A stretch of 64,000 nt of DNA from contig CAVPCR010000002.1 of the NCBI GenBank assembly GCA_963702435.1, positions 20,999 to 84,998 on the forward strand. Direction: 5' to 3'. A model generated the notes under the pieces. The model was not told the origin of the DNA. It searched no databases and saw nothing but the letters and a program-made list of their open reading frames with translations. Below are positions 10,920 through 24,050 of the stretch, piece by piece. The position numbers were made by a program, and so were the translations under genes. This stretch comes from Candidatus Eiseniibacteriota bacterium. Lineage in GTDB: Bacteria; Eisenbacteria; RBG-16-71-46; CAVPCR01. Every line of letters starts with the position of its first letter. Positions within the stretch are counted from its first letter, which is position 1.

Positions 10920-12053
10920 ATGCAAGCGAGCGGCGGAGCGCCGGCCCGCAAGGTGCCGGCCATGGACGTCAAGGCGCAGCACGCGGCCTTGCAGGGGGAG
11001 CTCGAGGCGGCGGTGCGCGAGGTCATCACCTCCGGCGCATTCATCCTGGGACCCAAGGTCGTGGCTCTGGAAGGCGAGGTGGCCCGCCTGTGCGGGGTCG
11101 CCCATGCGGTGGGCGTGGCCTCGGGGACCGATGCCCTGATCGTCGCGCTCCGCGCTCTCGACATCGGCCCGGGCGACGAGGTCGTCACCTCCGCCTACAG
11201 CTTCTTCGCCTCGGCCGGCGCCATCCTCCTCGTCGGCGCGAAACCCGTCTTCGTGGACATCGAGGCGGCGACCTGGAACATGGATCCGGCGCGTCTCGAG
11301 GCGGCGATCACCCCGCGCACCCGCGCCATCATGCCGGTGCACCTCTTCGGGCAGTGTGCGAACATGGACCCGATCCTCGCCATCGCCCGCGCCCGCGGGA
11401 TCGCGGTGGTCGAGGACGCGGCGCAGGCGCTCGGAGCCAAGGACCGCGGCCGCCCGGCAGGAAGCATGGGCGAGTTCGGCTGCTTCAGCTTCTATCCGAC
11501 CAAGAACCTGGGCGGACTCGGCGACGGCGGGATGATCGCGACGAACGACGCCGCGCTCGCCGACAAGGCGCGCCTGGTCCGCATCCACGGCTCGCGGCCC
11601 AAGTACGTGACCCGCGTCCTCGGCATGAACAGCCGCCTCGACTCCCTGCAGGCGGCCCTCCTCCTCGTCAAGCTGCCGCACCTCGCGCGCTACACCGAGG
11701 AGCGCCGCCGCCACGCGCGGGCCTATGACGCGCGATTCGCCGGCTCCGCGATCGCGCCGCCCCCCGTGCGCGCCGAGGCCTATCACATCTACAACCAGTA
11801 TGCGCTGCGCGTGCCCGATCGCGACCGCACGGAGAAGGCGCTCGCCGAGCGGGGCGTGGGCACCGCCGTCTACTACCCCGGCATCCTGCCCCTGCAGGAG
11901 GCGGTCAAGCACCTCGGGCACAAGCCCGGGGACTTCCCGGTCGCCGAGCGCGCCGCCGCGGAGAATCTGTGTCTACCGATCTTCCCCGAGCTCAAGGACG
12001 AGGACCGCGAGTACGTGGCCGACCAGGTGCTCGCGCTCGCCGGCGCCAGGTAG
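10920..12053 (+). CDS. DegT/DnrJ/EryC1/StrS aminotransferase (WbpE/WlbC-like)
   Basis: ASGTDAL, MPVHLFGQ, VEDAAQALG, FSFYPTKNLGGLGDGG, NSRLDSLQAA. Confidence 0.93.
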   Translation: MQASGGAPARKVPAMDVKAQHAALQGELEAAVREVITSGAFILGPKVVALEGEVARLCGVAHAVGVASGTDALIVALRALDIGPGDEVVTSAYSFFASAGAILLVGAKPVFVDIEAATWNMDPARLEAAITPRTRAIMPVHLFGQCANMDPILAIARARGIAVVEDAAQALGAKDRGRPAGSMGEFGCFSFYPTKNLGGLGDGGMIATNDAALADKARLVRIHGSRPKYVTRVLGMNSRLDSLQAALLLVKLPHLARYTEERRRHARAYDARFAGSAIAPPPVRAEAYHIYNQYALRVPDRDRTEKALAERGVGTAVYYPGILPLQEAVKHLGHKPGDFPVAERAAAENLCLPIFPELKDEDREYVADQVLALAGAR

Positions 12054-12613
12054 GCAGCGCCCGCGCCGGGGAGGCCCGGGCCGCTCTCGGAGCGGGGCAC
12101 GCCGTCGCGCTCGCGGCCGTCGCGCTCGCGGTTGGCGCGCTCGCGGCCGGCGGCTGCAGCTATTCCTTCACGCCGAGCAAGCTCCCGTCGCACATCAAGA
12201 CGGTGGCCATCCCGGTCTTCGAGAATGGGACCAGCGAGCCCGGTATCGAGCAGGAGATCACGCAGCAGATCACGCGCGAGTTCGTCGCCGACAACACCCT
12301 CCAGGTGGTGCCGGAAGGGCGCGCCGACGCGGGTATCTACGGGCGCATCCTCCGCTACGAGAATCGGGTCTTCGGCTACGACGCCAAGGGCGAGACGCAG
12401 CAGTACGAGGTGATCGTCGTGGTCGCGATCGAGTTCAAGGATCTGGTCAAGCGCAAGACCCTGTGGCAGGAGGGGGAGATGGTCGGCCGCTCGACCTACT
12501 ACGTCGTGGCCACCAGCGGGCAGCCGCCGCAGGACGAGGTGAGCGGACGCACCGAGGCGATCCGGCTCCTCGCCTCCGACATCCTGAATCGCACCGTGCG
12601 GAGCTGGAGCTAG
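11969..12613 (+). CDS. lptE: LptE family LPS-assembly lipoprotein
   Basis: Lipobox LAAGGC followed by SYSF, LPSHIKTVAIPVFEN; lies next to holA; start uncertain. Confidence 0.75.
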   Translation: MSTDLPRAQGRGPRVRGRPGARARRRQVGSARAGEARAALGAGHAVALAAVALAVGALAAGGCSYSFTPSKLPSHIKTVAIPVFENGTSEPGIEQEITQQITREFVADNTLQVVPEGRADAGIYGRILRYENRVFGYDAKGETQQYEVIVVVAIEFKDLVKRKTLWQEGEMVGRSTYYVVATSGQPPQDEVSGRTEAIRLLASDILNRTVRSWS

Positions 12614-13725
12614 TGGCGGCGCGGGCGGGCAGCGGCGCGGGCCGGAGCGGCAGCGGGGCCCGCCGGAGCGCCGCCGGAGCGCGCGCCGCCGGCGGCGGCG
12701 AGCTCACGCTCGCGACCCTCGGCAAGGAGCTCACGGCGGGGACGCTCCGGCGCGTCTACCTCCTCGAGGGCGAGGAGCTGCTCCTTCGACGCGAGGTGCT
12801 GCAGGCGATCGAGAATGCCGCGCTCGGTCCCGATCCCGCGACCCGCGCCTTCGGGCGCCAGGTCTTTCCAGGGGCCGAGACCCGGATCGAGGACGTCCTC
12901 GCCGCGACGGCCGGCATGCCGATGTTCGGAGAGCGCCGCCTCGTCATCGTGGACGGCGTGGATCGCCTGCGCAAGAACGACCGCGAAGCGCTGGCGCCGG
13001 CGCTCGCGACCGTGCCCGACACGACCGTGCTCGTCCTCACCGCCGACAAGCTCGACGGGCGGCTGACCACGACGCGCGACTTGCGGGCCCGGGCCGCCGT
13101 GATCCCGGTGAGCGAGCTCCCCGCCGCCGTCGTGCCCCGGTGGATCGAGTCGCGCTTCCGGGCGCTCGGCCACACGGTCGCCCCCGCGGCTGCCCAGCAG
13201 CTCCTCGCCCTGGCGGGTCCCGCCTTGTCCTCTCTGGCCGGAGAGATCGAGAAGGTGTCGCTCTACGTCGGCGCCGAGAAGGCGGTCACGATCGAGGACG
13301 TGAACCACGTGGTGGCCGGCGGCCTCGGTTCGACGCTCGACGAGCTCGTGAACGCCGTGGGCGAACGCGACCTCCCGCGCGCCCTCCGCTCGCTCTCGCG
13401 GGTGCTCGAAGCCGGGGAGGAGCCGCTCCGCGTGCTCGGGTTCCTGAACTACCGCATGACCGACCTCTGGCGACTGGCCCATGGGCATCGCGGATGGGTG
13501 CGCGAGGAGGTGCGCGCCGCGGCGCGCCGCTGGAGCGCCCCCGAGCTCGCGCGCGCGATCGCGCTCCTCTACGCCGCCGATCGCCTCCTCAAGGGTGGAG
13601 AGGGCGGCGAGGGCGGGATGCCGCTCCCGCGCCACCGCCACGGCGACGCGCTCGTGATCGAGACGCTCCTCGTGCGGATACTCCCTGCGGCGGCGCGGTC
13701 CGCCGCCGCGCCCGCACGGCGCTGA
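12613..13725 (+). CDS. holA: DNA polymerase III delta subunit
   Basis: VYLLEGEE, MPMFGERRLVIV, EIEKVSLY, GEEPLRVLG; GTG overlaps the lptE stop. Confidence 0.85.
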   Translation: MAARAGSGAGRSGSGARRSAAGARAAGGGELTLATLGKELTAGTLRRVYLLEGEELLLRREVLQAIENAALGPDPATRAFGRQVFPGAETRIEDVLAATAGMPMFGERRLVIVDGVDRLRKNDREALAPALATVPDTTVLVLTADKLDGRLTTTRDLRARAAVIPVSELPAAVVPRWIESRFRALGHTVAPAAAQQLLALAGPALSSLAGEIEKVSLYVGAEKAVTIEDVNHVVAGGLGSTLDELVNAVGERDLPRALRSLSRVLEAGEEPLRVLGFLNYRMTDLWRLAHGHRGWVREEVRAAARRWSAPELARAIALLYAADRLLKGGEGGEGGMPLPRHRHGDALVIETLLVRILPAAARSAAAPARR

Positions 13726-13960
13726 GCGGCCGCGCCGCCCCGGCTCGACGCAGGAGCGCCTCCTCGCGGCCCTGGACTGGCGCCCACTCCGGCCTTAGAA
13801 TGCCGGCGCCATGAGCCCGGAAGGGGAGGGGCGCGCCGCGCCGCCAGCTAGGCGCACCGCCTGGCCCACTGCCGCATCCAAACAGACGATTCCCGCCCCG
13901 GCGAGCCGCCCGGGAGCGGCCCAGCGGAAGGTGCGAGAGCAAAAGAGGAGATGAAGGCGC

Positions 13961-14287
13961 ATGAAGGGGATGATGGAGCTCAACGACACGAACTTCGAGG
14001 TCGAGGTGATCCAGTCGAAGGAGCCGGTGCTCGTCGACTTCTGGGCCGAGTGGTGCGGCCCCTGCCGGACGATCACGCCGATCGTCGAGGAGATCGCCCA
14101 GCAGTATGAGGGGCGTCTCAAGGTGGGGAAGGTGAACGTGGACATCGCCAACATGACCGCCTCGCGCTTCGGAATCCGCTCGATCCCCTCCCTCCTCTTC
14201 TTCAAAGGCGGCGAGGTCGCCGAGACCATCGTCGGCGCCGTGCCCAAGGGCGAGATCCTGAAGCGCGTCGAGAGGGTGCTCGGCTAG
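13961..14287 (+). CDS. trxA: Thioredoxin
   Basis: VLVDFWAEWCGPC, GIRSIPSLLFFKGG; RBS AGGAG. Confidence 0.97.
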   Translation: MKGMMELNDTNFEVEVIQSKEPVLVDFWAEWCGPCRTITPIVEEIAQQYEGRLKVGKVNVDIANMTASRFGIRSIPSLLFFKGGEVAETIVGAVPKGEILKRVERVLG

Positions 14288-14442
14288 GCTTGCGCCGGTC
14301 CGACCACGCGTAACGGCATTCATGGCGGTCGGTTGCCTGCAACCGACCGCCGCGCATATGGGGACGCATCTCTGCGGGGAACGAGCATGAGCCGAGTCCG
14401 GGGAGCCGGAAGGTGGTGGAGGCCGGCCGCCGTGGCGGGCGA

Positions 14443-14478
14443 GGCCGTCCTGGCCGTCCTGGCCGTCCTGGCCGCCCT
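14443..14478. repeat. 9-nt tandem repeat (GGCCGTCCT x3 plus a variant)
   Basis: Direct inspection; lies in the trxA-leuS spacer. Confidence 0.7.
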
Positions 14479-14613
14479 GCCCGGCGCCATGCCCGCCTCG
14501 TCGCCGGCGCCCGCGGCTTTAGCCGGCCCCGCGGCCACCGCGCGGGAGCCGGGACGTGGCGGCCGCGAGCGGGAGCCGCTAGGCGCCCGGGGCCTCGCGA
14601 AGGGGATGAGGAC

Positions 14614-17381
<2,768 letters not shown>

Positions 17382-17480
17382 TGATATCATCCGCGGCCGC
17401 AGTCCACGGCCCTCGCCGTGGGTTCCCGGCGGCGCCCACCGCCCCCCCCGGGCCCGCTTCACCATGAGCGATCCGAAACG

Positions 17481-18836
17481 ATGTTGATAGAAAGAGCATT
17501 CCTGTCCCCGTCCGCATGCCGCGTCCGGCCGGCCGGTGCGTTCCGCGCGACCCTGATCGTCCCGGCGATCCTCGCCGCCCTGTCGCTGCCCGCCCCGAGC
17601 CAGGGCGCGCCGAAACAGATCAAGATCCAGCTCGCACCGAAGACCGGGGTGCTCCCTCTCGTGCAGATCCCGGCCGTACTCCCGATCCCGCTCGGTACCG
17701 AGCCGGGGGAGGTCCTCGCGGCCAGGCCGCAGGATCCGGGCCTAGGCGTGCTCTACGGCGTGCTCCAGAACGCCAGTCCGGACGGAGCCTTGACGGTCGC
17801 CGTTCTCAAGCAGCCCGACGGCAGCGAGCAGGTCATCCTCGATCTCAACGACAACGAGGATCTGACGGACGACCAGCGACATACCTGGACCGGATCCTAC
17901 GGCCCTGTCGTCAAGGGCGTGCCCACGCTCCCGATGTTCGAGGTGCAGATCCGGCGCACTTGCCCCTCCGCCAGCGCGCCCGTCGACATCGCCGTCACTT
18001 TCCGGCGCTACGACAAGAACAAGGCGGCGGGCCGCGCCGCCGTGGGCCTCACCAACGGCATCCTGGCCAATCTCGACAGCTATACCGAGGGCACGGTCCG
18101 CCTCGGCGCAAAGTCCTACAAGGTCGCGCTCATGCCGGTCCAGTTCGCCGGCGCCGAGAGCCCGTTCAGCCATCCGGGCACGGCGATCATCTTCGACGTG
18201 AACGGCGACGGACAGCTCGACGGCCATCCGTTCCGTGGCGGCGAGCGATTCTACCTGGGAGCGCCCTTCATGATCGACGGCCAGGGCTACAAGGTGGTCG
18301 ATGCGAGCTGCGACGGCCGGAGCGTGATCCTCGAGCCCGTGGATGCAGCCACCGTGGCCGCCAGCCAGCAGCCGCCGGCGGCCGCCCCGAGCACGCCGAC
18401 TGCTGCGCTCGCTCCCGGCCAGCGCGCCCCGGACTTCGCCCTCGCCACGATCGAGGGGGACTCGATCCGCCTGAGCGACTACCGGGGCAAGGTGGTGCTC
18501 CTCGACTTCTGGGCGACCTGGTGCGGTCCCTGCCGCATGGAGATGCCCTACGTGAAGAGCGCCTTCGAGCGCTACAACAAGCGCGGGCTCGAGGTGATCG
18601 GCGTGAGCCTCGACAACACGCCGACCGAGGTGCGCGCCTACACCAAGATGGGCGGCATGCCATGGCCCCAGATCCTGCAGGGCCGCGGCACGATGACCCA
18701 GCTCAAGAAGGACTACGGCATTCGCTCCATCCCCGCAGCCTTTCTGATCGACCAGAAGGGGAACATCGCCGCGACGCATCCGCGGGGCGAGGGTCTGCTC
18801 ACGGCGATCGAAAATCTGCTCGGCGACGGCAGCTAG
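17481..18836 (+). CDS. Secreted protein with unknown N-terminal domain and C-terminal TlpA/ResA-like thioredoxin domain
   Basis: Signal peptide; Pro/Ala linker; APDFAL...GKVVLLDFWATWCGPCRMEMP...IPAAFLIDQKG. Confidence 0.88.
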   Translation: MLIERAFLSPSACRVRPAGAFRATLIVPAILAALSLPAPSQGAPKQIKIQLAPKTGVLPLVQIPAVLPIPLGTEPGEVLAARPQDPGLGVLYGVLQNASPDGALTVAVLKQPDGSEQVILDLNDNEDLTDDQRHTWTGSYGPVVKGVPTLPMFEVQIRRTCPSASAPVDIAVTFRRYDKNKAAGRAAVGLTNGILANLDSYTEGTVRLGAKSYKVALMPVQFAGAESPFSHPGTAIIFDVNGDGQLDGHPFRGGERFYLGAPFMIDGQGYKVVDASCDGRSVILEPVDAATVAASQQPPAAAPSTPTAALAPGQRAPDFALATIEGDSIRLSDYRGKVVLLDFWATWCGPCRMEMPYVKSAFERYNKRGLEVIGVSLDNTPTEVRAYTKMGGMPWPQILQGRGTMTQLKKDYGIRSIPAAFLIDQKGNIAATHPRGEGLLTAIENLLGDGS

Positions 18837-18902
18837 TCTGCCGCCGGCGGCGGGACCCTTCCCCGGCAGATGGCTCCCGCGCGCCGCGGAGCCGGAAAGG
18901 TG

Positions 18903-21900
18903 ATGCACGGCATGCGCTGCCCGGAGCGAGATCACGGCAAGGGGGCCGGGACTGGCCGGCGGCGGGCCACGCTCGCCGCCTTTGCGGCGCTCTCGACGCT
19001 CGCCGTTCTCGTCGCGATCCCGCTCTGCGCCGGGGCGGCCGCCGCCGCGCCCGGCGCGGAGCTCACGATCGCCGCCGCTCCCACCGCCCGGCAGCTCACC
19101 CTCCGTTTTTCACGCGATGCCGTCGTTTTCGACGGCGCGCCGGCGGGGGAGAGCGTAGCGCTCGCGACCGGCGGCGCGGGAGCTGTCGACGGCGCCCTGC
19201 TCCGTCTCGTCCTCCGCGTGGACGACGATTTCCGCGCCGACTCGTGCCGGGTCGTCGCGAGGACCGCGGCGGATATCGGCCGCGAGGCCGCGGACCTCGC
19301 CCCCGCGGCGCTCGCCGGGCTCGCCGGGCCCGCCGCCACGGTGGACGGGGAGTCCTGGCTGCGCGGGCGCCGGCTCGTGCATCTCACCGTCCGCCCTCTC
19401 GCTCTCGACGCGCCGAACGGCCGGCTCGAGCTCGCGACCGAGCTCGTGCTCGAGCTCGCCGGCCGGAGCGATCCGGCGCGCGGCCTGGCCCCGCGGGCTG
19501 CGCCCTGGGAGGCGAAGGTCGAGGCGATGCTCGCCGCGGCCGCGATTGACCTGCGCCGGGAGGCCGCGGCGCCGAGCGACGCCCTGCTCGGCCCGGTCGT
19601 CCCGCCGGCCACGAGCGCCCTCTGGAGCCCAACCTTCCGCCCGACCGCCGACGGTAGCGCCGTCGAATGCGTCATCGTGACACCGCAGGCCCTGGCCGGG
19701 CCCTTCCAGGAACTCGCCGCGTGGAAGACCGCGAAGGGCGTGCAGACCACCGTGCGCACGCTCGAGTGGATCCGGGCCACCTACCCGAACGGGATCGACC
19801 AGGCCGAGCAGCTCCGTTTCTTCCTCGCCGACGCCTACGAGCACTGGGGCACGCTCTGGGTGCTCCTCGGCGGCGACTCGGACCAGGTCCCCGTGCGTTA
19901 CGCGACGCATGCGCTCAACATCCCGCCCTCCCTCGTCCCCACCGACCTCTACTACAGCTGTCTCGACGGGAACTGGAACCTCGACGGCGATGCGGCCTTC
20001 GGCGAGGGGCGGCCGCCCGGGCAGACCACGGGCGGGGACGAGGCCGATCTCGCTCCCGACGTCTTCGTCGGACGCGCTCCGGTCTCGACGGCGGGGGCCG
20101 CCCAGATCCTCGTCGACAAGCTGATCGCCTACGAGCGGGGCGCCGCCACCGATGCGCGCTACCCGGCCTCGGTGCTCCTCCTCGGCGAGCGGCTCTCGCC
20201 CACGCTCGACGGCGCGGCCTACTGCGAGCAGGTGCGCGCGCGCCTCCCCGCCGGCCTCCGCACGGCGCGCCTCTACGAGAACCACGCCGCGTATCCGGGA
20301 GCGCTGCCCGAGACGCGCCGCGTGGTCATCGACTCGATGAACGCCGGCTTCGGCATCGTCCATCACGTGGGCCACGGATTCCGGAACACGATGTCGGTGG
20401 GGGACGAGAGCCTGCAGAACGCGGACATCGACGCGCTCGTGAACGGAGCGCGGCAATCGGTCGTCTATGCGGTCAACTGCGCCTCCACGGCCTTCGACTA
20501 CAACGCGATCGGCGAGCGCTTCCTGAAGAACGCGGCCGGCGGCGGGGTCGCCTACATCGGGAGCTCCCGCGTCGCGTATACGGGGGAGTCCCTCCCGCTC
20601 CAGAATGCGTTCTACGACGTCGTCTTCGCCGACAGCGTGACCGCAGTGGGCGCGGCGCACGCGCTCGCCAAGGTTCCGTTCATCGGGGCGGCGGTGAGCG
20701 AGACGCCGGCGCGCTGGCTCCAGTTCTCGCTCGTGCTCCTCGGCGATCCCGAGACGCCGATCTGGCGGCGGGGACCGGTCCCCATCGCCGCCGTCCACGC
20801 CGGCTCCTTCCAGCTCGGGACGAACGCCTTCACGGTCACGGCCAGCGCGGGCGGGGCGCCGCTCGCGGGAGCACGCGTGGCGCTCGTCAAGTCGGGCGAG
20901 CCGTACACGGTGGGGACGACGGGAGCGAACGGGGTCGCGAGCCTGCCGTACAATCCATCCACCACCGGCCCCTTCACGGTGACCGTAACCCGGCCGGATC
21001 TCCGGCCCTACTCCGGGACGTCCACGGTGACCGCGGCGACGAGTCCGTTCCTGCACTTCGTGCAGGTGACGATCAACGATGACTCGACCCCGCCCTCGAT
21101 CGGCAACGGGAACGGCGCGCCCGAGGCGGGGGAGACGCTCGAGCTCCGCATCATGCTCAAGAACGCAGGCCCCACGGCAGCCACCGGCGTGAGCGGCACG
21201 CTGAGCGTGGTCGGGGACGGGAGCCCGGTCGCGATCACGACCCCCACCGTGAGCTACGGGACCCTGGCCGCCCAGGGGCAGTCCTTCGGCGCGGGACGCT
21301 TTGTCGCCCGCATCCTGCCCTCCGCGCCCGATGCGTATGCGCCGGTCTTCCGGATCGCGATCGCCAGCGGGCAGGGGAGCTTCACCGACACCTTCGTCCT
21401 GCCCGTGCGCCGGAGCCTGGTCGAGCACGCGAGCCATGTCCTCGCCGACCCGCCGCCTTTGGGCAACGGAAACGGCGCCGCCGAGGCCGGCGAGGCGGTC
21501 ACCTACACGATCACGGCGATCAATCGCGGACCTGGCCGCGCCGACCAGGTGCGGGTGACGCTCCGCGTCCTCGACCGCACGACCGGCGCGCCGCATCCGG
21601 GGGTCACCGTCACCGATGCCGCGGCAGACTTCGGCGATCTCACGGCCGGCTCGACCCGCGCTGCGGATCCGCTCGCCTTCACGCTCGGCGGCGGCGTCGC
21701 CCCGGGCGCCCTCCGCCTCGAGCTCACCTGGCGCGACCGCTACGGCGTGATCGAGATCGCCCGCTCGGATCTCGAGCCGCCGCCGCCGGTCGCCGGTCTC
21801 CACGGGCATGGCACCGCGCGGAGTATCACGCTCGCGTGGGCGGCGCCCGCAGCGCCGAGCGATGTGCGCGGGTACGACGTGCTCCGCGCGACGAGCGCCG

Positions 21901-23717
21901 CCGGGCCGTTCTCCCGCGTCAACATCTATCCGGCCGCGGGGGCGACGACGTACGAGGATGCGGGGCTCCCGTCCCTCATGCGCTTCTACTACGCGGTGGT
22001 CGCCCGCGACTCCTCGCACAACGCGAGCGTTGCGTCGGCCGTCATCTCGGCGACGACGACTCCCCCCCTCGCCACCGGCTGGCCGATCGAGATGGGTCAG
22101 GAGACATCGGCCGGCATCGCGTGCGACGACCTCGACGGCGACGGCGATCTCGAGATCGTGACCGGCGCCGATGCCGTCTACGCCTGGCATGCCGACGGCA
22201 CCGAGTTGCGGGACGGCGACGACCTCCCGAACACGAGCGGCGTCTTCACCACGGACGGCCAGAGCGCGGACTTCGGCTTCCACGCCACGCCGGCGCTCGC
22301 CGATCTGACCGGAGACGGGGACGTCGAGATCATCGCGGTGGCCTGGACCGAAGCCCAGGTCTTCGTGTGGAACGCCGACGGCTCGCGCGAGCCGGGATGG
22401 CCGCAGCCGATCGGGGGCGACTACAACTGGGCCTCGCCGGCCGTCGGCGATCTCGACCTCGACGGACGGCTCGAGATCGTGGTCGCCTCCGGCTACCAGG
22501 GGAAGGTGTTCGCCTGGCACCACGACGGGACCGAGGTCGCCGACGGCGACGGGAATCCCGCTACACACGGCGTCCTCTTCGCGACGGGCAGCGCGTACCT
22601 GTACTCGTCGCCGGGGATCGCCAACATCGACGCGGAGTCACGACCCGAGATCGTCATCGGCAGTCAGAGCGCGGACGGCAAGGTCCATGCGATCAAGGTG
22701 AACGGGCTGCCGGCCGTGGGCTGGCCGGTCGCGACGCACGGTCCGGTGACTGCGAGCCCGACGTTCGCCGATCTGGACGGCGACGGGCGGCACGAGGTGC
22801 TCTTCGCCTCGGAGTCGGATTCGGTCTTCATCATGCGCGGCGACGGCTCGCGCTACCCGGGCTGGCCGCGGCCGGCCTTCACCAACGCGGCGTTCGGCCA
22901 CACGAGCTCGCCGGTGCCCGCCGATCTGGATCAGGACGGACAGCTCGACATCGTGTACGCCGCCAACGACGGGCGGCTCCACGCCTGGCGGCGCACGGGT
23001 GATCCGCTCCCCGGGTTCGCCGACGTGCGCTTCGCCACGGAAGCGCTCGGCCAGGACGCGACGCAGGCCACCCCCGCGATCGCCGACGTGGACGGCGACG
23101 GCCGGCTCGAGGTCCTCCTCGGCGCCGAGAACGGGCACATCTACGGCTGGAACCACGACGGGAGCGAGCTCGAGGGCTTTCCGATCGCGATCGACGGCGA
23201 GGTGCGGGCCGGGGTCTCGGTATGGGATATCGATCGGGACGGCCTCGTCGAACTGGCGGCGGCGTCCTACGACCGCCGGGTCTATGTCTGGGACCTCCCC
23301 GGCCCGGTCCGCGGCGATCGGATGCCCTGGCCCTTCTTCCGGCACGACATGCGGAACTCCGGCCGCTACGGCGCCGACGTGAACTCGATCGGCGTGGGGG
23401 AGGAGGAAGCCCCGACGGCAGGCGCCGCGGCGCTCGTCCTCTATCCCGCCGTGCCGAACCCGTTCAATCCGGAGACGACGATTCGTTTCCTCGTGCCCGG
23501 GGAGACCAGGGGAGCGCGGCCGGTCCGGCTCCGTATCCTCGACCCCGCGGGGCGCGTCATCCGCACCCTGGCCGACGGATCCTTCGGCACCGGGGAGCAG
23601 GCCGTGCGCTGGGACGGGCGCACCGCGCGGGGGGATCGCGCCGCGAGTGGGGCCTACTTCCTCGACCTCGAGGCGGGAGGGGAGCGCCGGACCGGTAAGG
23701 TCATCCTCCTCAAGTAG
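18903..23717 (+). CDS. C25 (gingipain-family) cysteine peptidase with Ig-like, FN3, FG-GAP repeat and FlgD/T9SS-like C-terminal domains
   Basis: WVLLGGDSDQVP, TDLYYSCLDG, VFVGRAP, putative catalytic HVGHG and VNCAS, LLGDPE; many DLDGDGxxEIV repeats; PNPFNPETTIRF...WDG...SGAYF...KVILLK. Confidence 0.9.
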   Translation: MHGMRCPERDHGKGAGTGRRRATLAAFAALSTLAVLVAIPLCAGAAAAAPGAELTIAAAPTARQLTLRFSRDAVVFDGAPAGESVALATGGAGAVDGALLRLVLRVDDDFRADSCRVVARTAADIGREAADLAPAALAGLAGPAATVDGESWLRGRRLVHLTVRPLALDAPNGRLELATELVLELAGRSDPARGLAPRAAPWEAKVEAMLAAAAIDLRREAAAPSDALLGPVVPPATSALWSPTFRPTADGSAVECVIVTPQALAGPFQELAAWKTAKGVQTTVRTLEWIRATYPNGIDQAEQLRFFLADAYEHWGTLWVLLGGDSDQVPVRYATHALNIPPSLVPTDLYYSCLDGNWNLDGDAAFGEGRPPGQTTGGDEADLAPDVFVGRAPVSTAGAAQILVDKLIAYERGAATDARYPASVLLLGERLSPTLDGAAYCEQVRARLPAGLRTARLYENHAAYPGALPETRRVVIDSMNAGFGIVHHVGHGFRNTMSVGDESLQNADIDALVNGARQSVVYAVNCASTAFDYNAIGERFLKNAAGGGVAYIGSSRVAYTGESLPLQNAFYDVVFADSVTAVGAAHALAKVPFIGAAVSETPARWLQFSLVLLGDPETPIWRRGPVPIAAVHAGSFQLGTNAFTVTASAGGAPLAGARVALVKSGEPYTVGTTGANGVASLPYNPSTTGPFTVTVTRPDLRPYSGTSTVTAATSPFLHFVQVTINDDSTPPSIGNGNGAPEAGETLELRIMLKNAGPTAATGVSGTLSVVGDGSPVAITTPTVSYGTLAAQGQSFGAGRFVARILPSAPDAYAPVFRIAIASGQGSFTDTFVLPVRRSLVEHASHVLADPPPLGNGNGAAEAGEAVTYTITAINRGPGRADQVRVTLRVLDRTTGAPHPGVTVTDAAADFGDLTAGSTRAADPLAFTLGGGVAPGALRLELTWRDRYGVIEIARSDLEPPPPVAGLHGHGTARSITLAWAAPAAPSDVRGYDVLRATSAAGPFSRVNIYPAAGATTYEDAGLPSLMRFYYAVVARDSSHNASVASAVISATTTPPLATGWPIEMGQETSAGIACDDLDGDGDLEIVTGADAVYAWHADGTELRDGDDLPNTSGVFTTDGQSADFGFHATPALADLTGDGDVEIIAVAWTEAQVFVWNADGSREPGWPQPIGGDYNWASPAVGDLDLDGRLEIVVASGYQGKVFAWHHDGTEVADGDGNPATHGVLFATGSAYLYSSPGIANIDAESRPEIVIGSQSADGKVHAIKVNGLPAVGWPVATHGPVTASPTFADLDGDGRHEVLFASESDSVFIMRGDGSRYPGWPRPAFTNAAFGHTSSPVPADLDQDGQLDIVYAANDGRLHAWRRTGDPLPGFADVRFATEALGQDATQATPAIADVDGDGRLEVLLGAENGHIYGWNHDGSELEGFPIAIDGEVRAGVSVWDIDRDGLVELAAASYDRRVYVWDLPGPVRGDRMPWPFFRHDMRNSGRYGADVNSIGVGEEEAPTAGAAALVLYPAVPNPFNPETTIRFLVPGETRGARPVRLRILDPAGRVIRTLADGSFGTGEQAVRWDGRTARGDRAASGAYFLDLEAGGERRTGKVILLK

Positions 23718-23842
23718 CGCCGAGGGCGCGCGGAATCCCCCTGGAAGCGATTGCGATAGATAGAATTGAATGCCTTGTTTAGACTGCTTTCGAGAGTCCG
23801 GCGACCATCCCGGGCCGGCCGCCGCCTCGACCAGGTAAGGGG

Positions 23843-23871
23843 TTGACCGGCCATCGGATGACGTCTAGCAT
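23843..23871 (+). promoter_or_regulatory. Sigma-70-type promoter of the TWGxIK paralog array
   Basis: TTGACC-17 nt-TAGCAT, preceded by an AT-rich tract at about 23745-23790. Confidence 0.6.
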
Positions 23872-24050
23872 TAACCGGGGGCGAGGACGTGCCCCACGGA
23901 CGGGCGAAGGGTATCGTCCGCCGCTCTTCCGTCTGACCGCCAGGCGAGAGGGGTGTTCGAGGCGCGGGTCGAAGCCGGACTCCAAGGCCGCGTGGTCCCC
24001 GCGACCGGCGAGGATTTGGCAATCCACATTTGAGGAGGAGGTCGTTCGAA

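Noticed and set aside
19110-22568. Very long antisense or alternative-frame ORFs (also 211-2559, 42686-45463, 52189-54606 and others)
   Set aside because: These are shadow ORFs caused by high GC and stop-codon scarcity opposite well-supported genes
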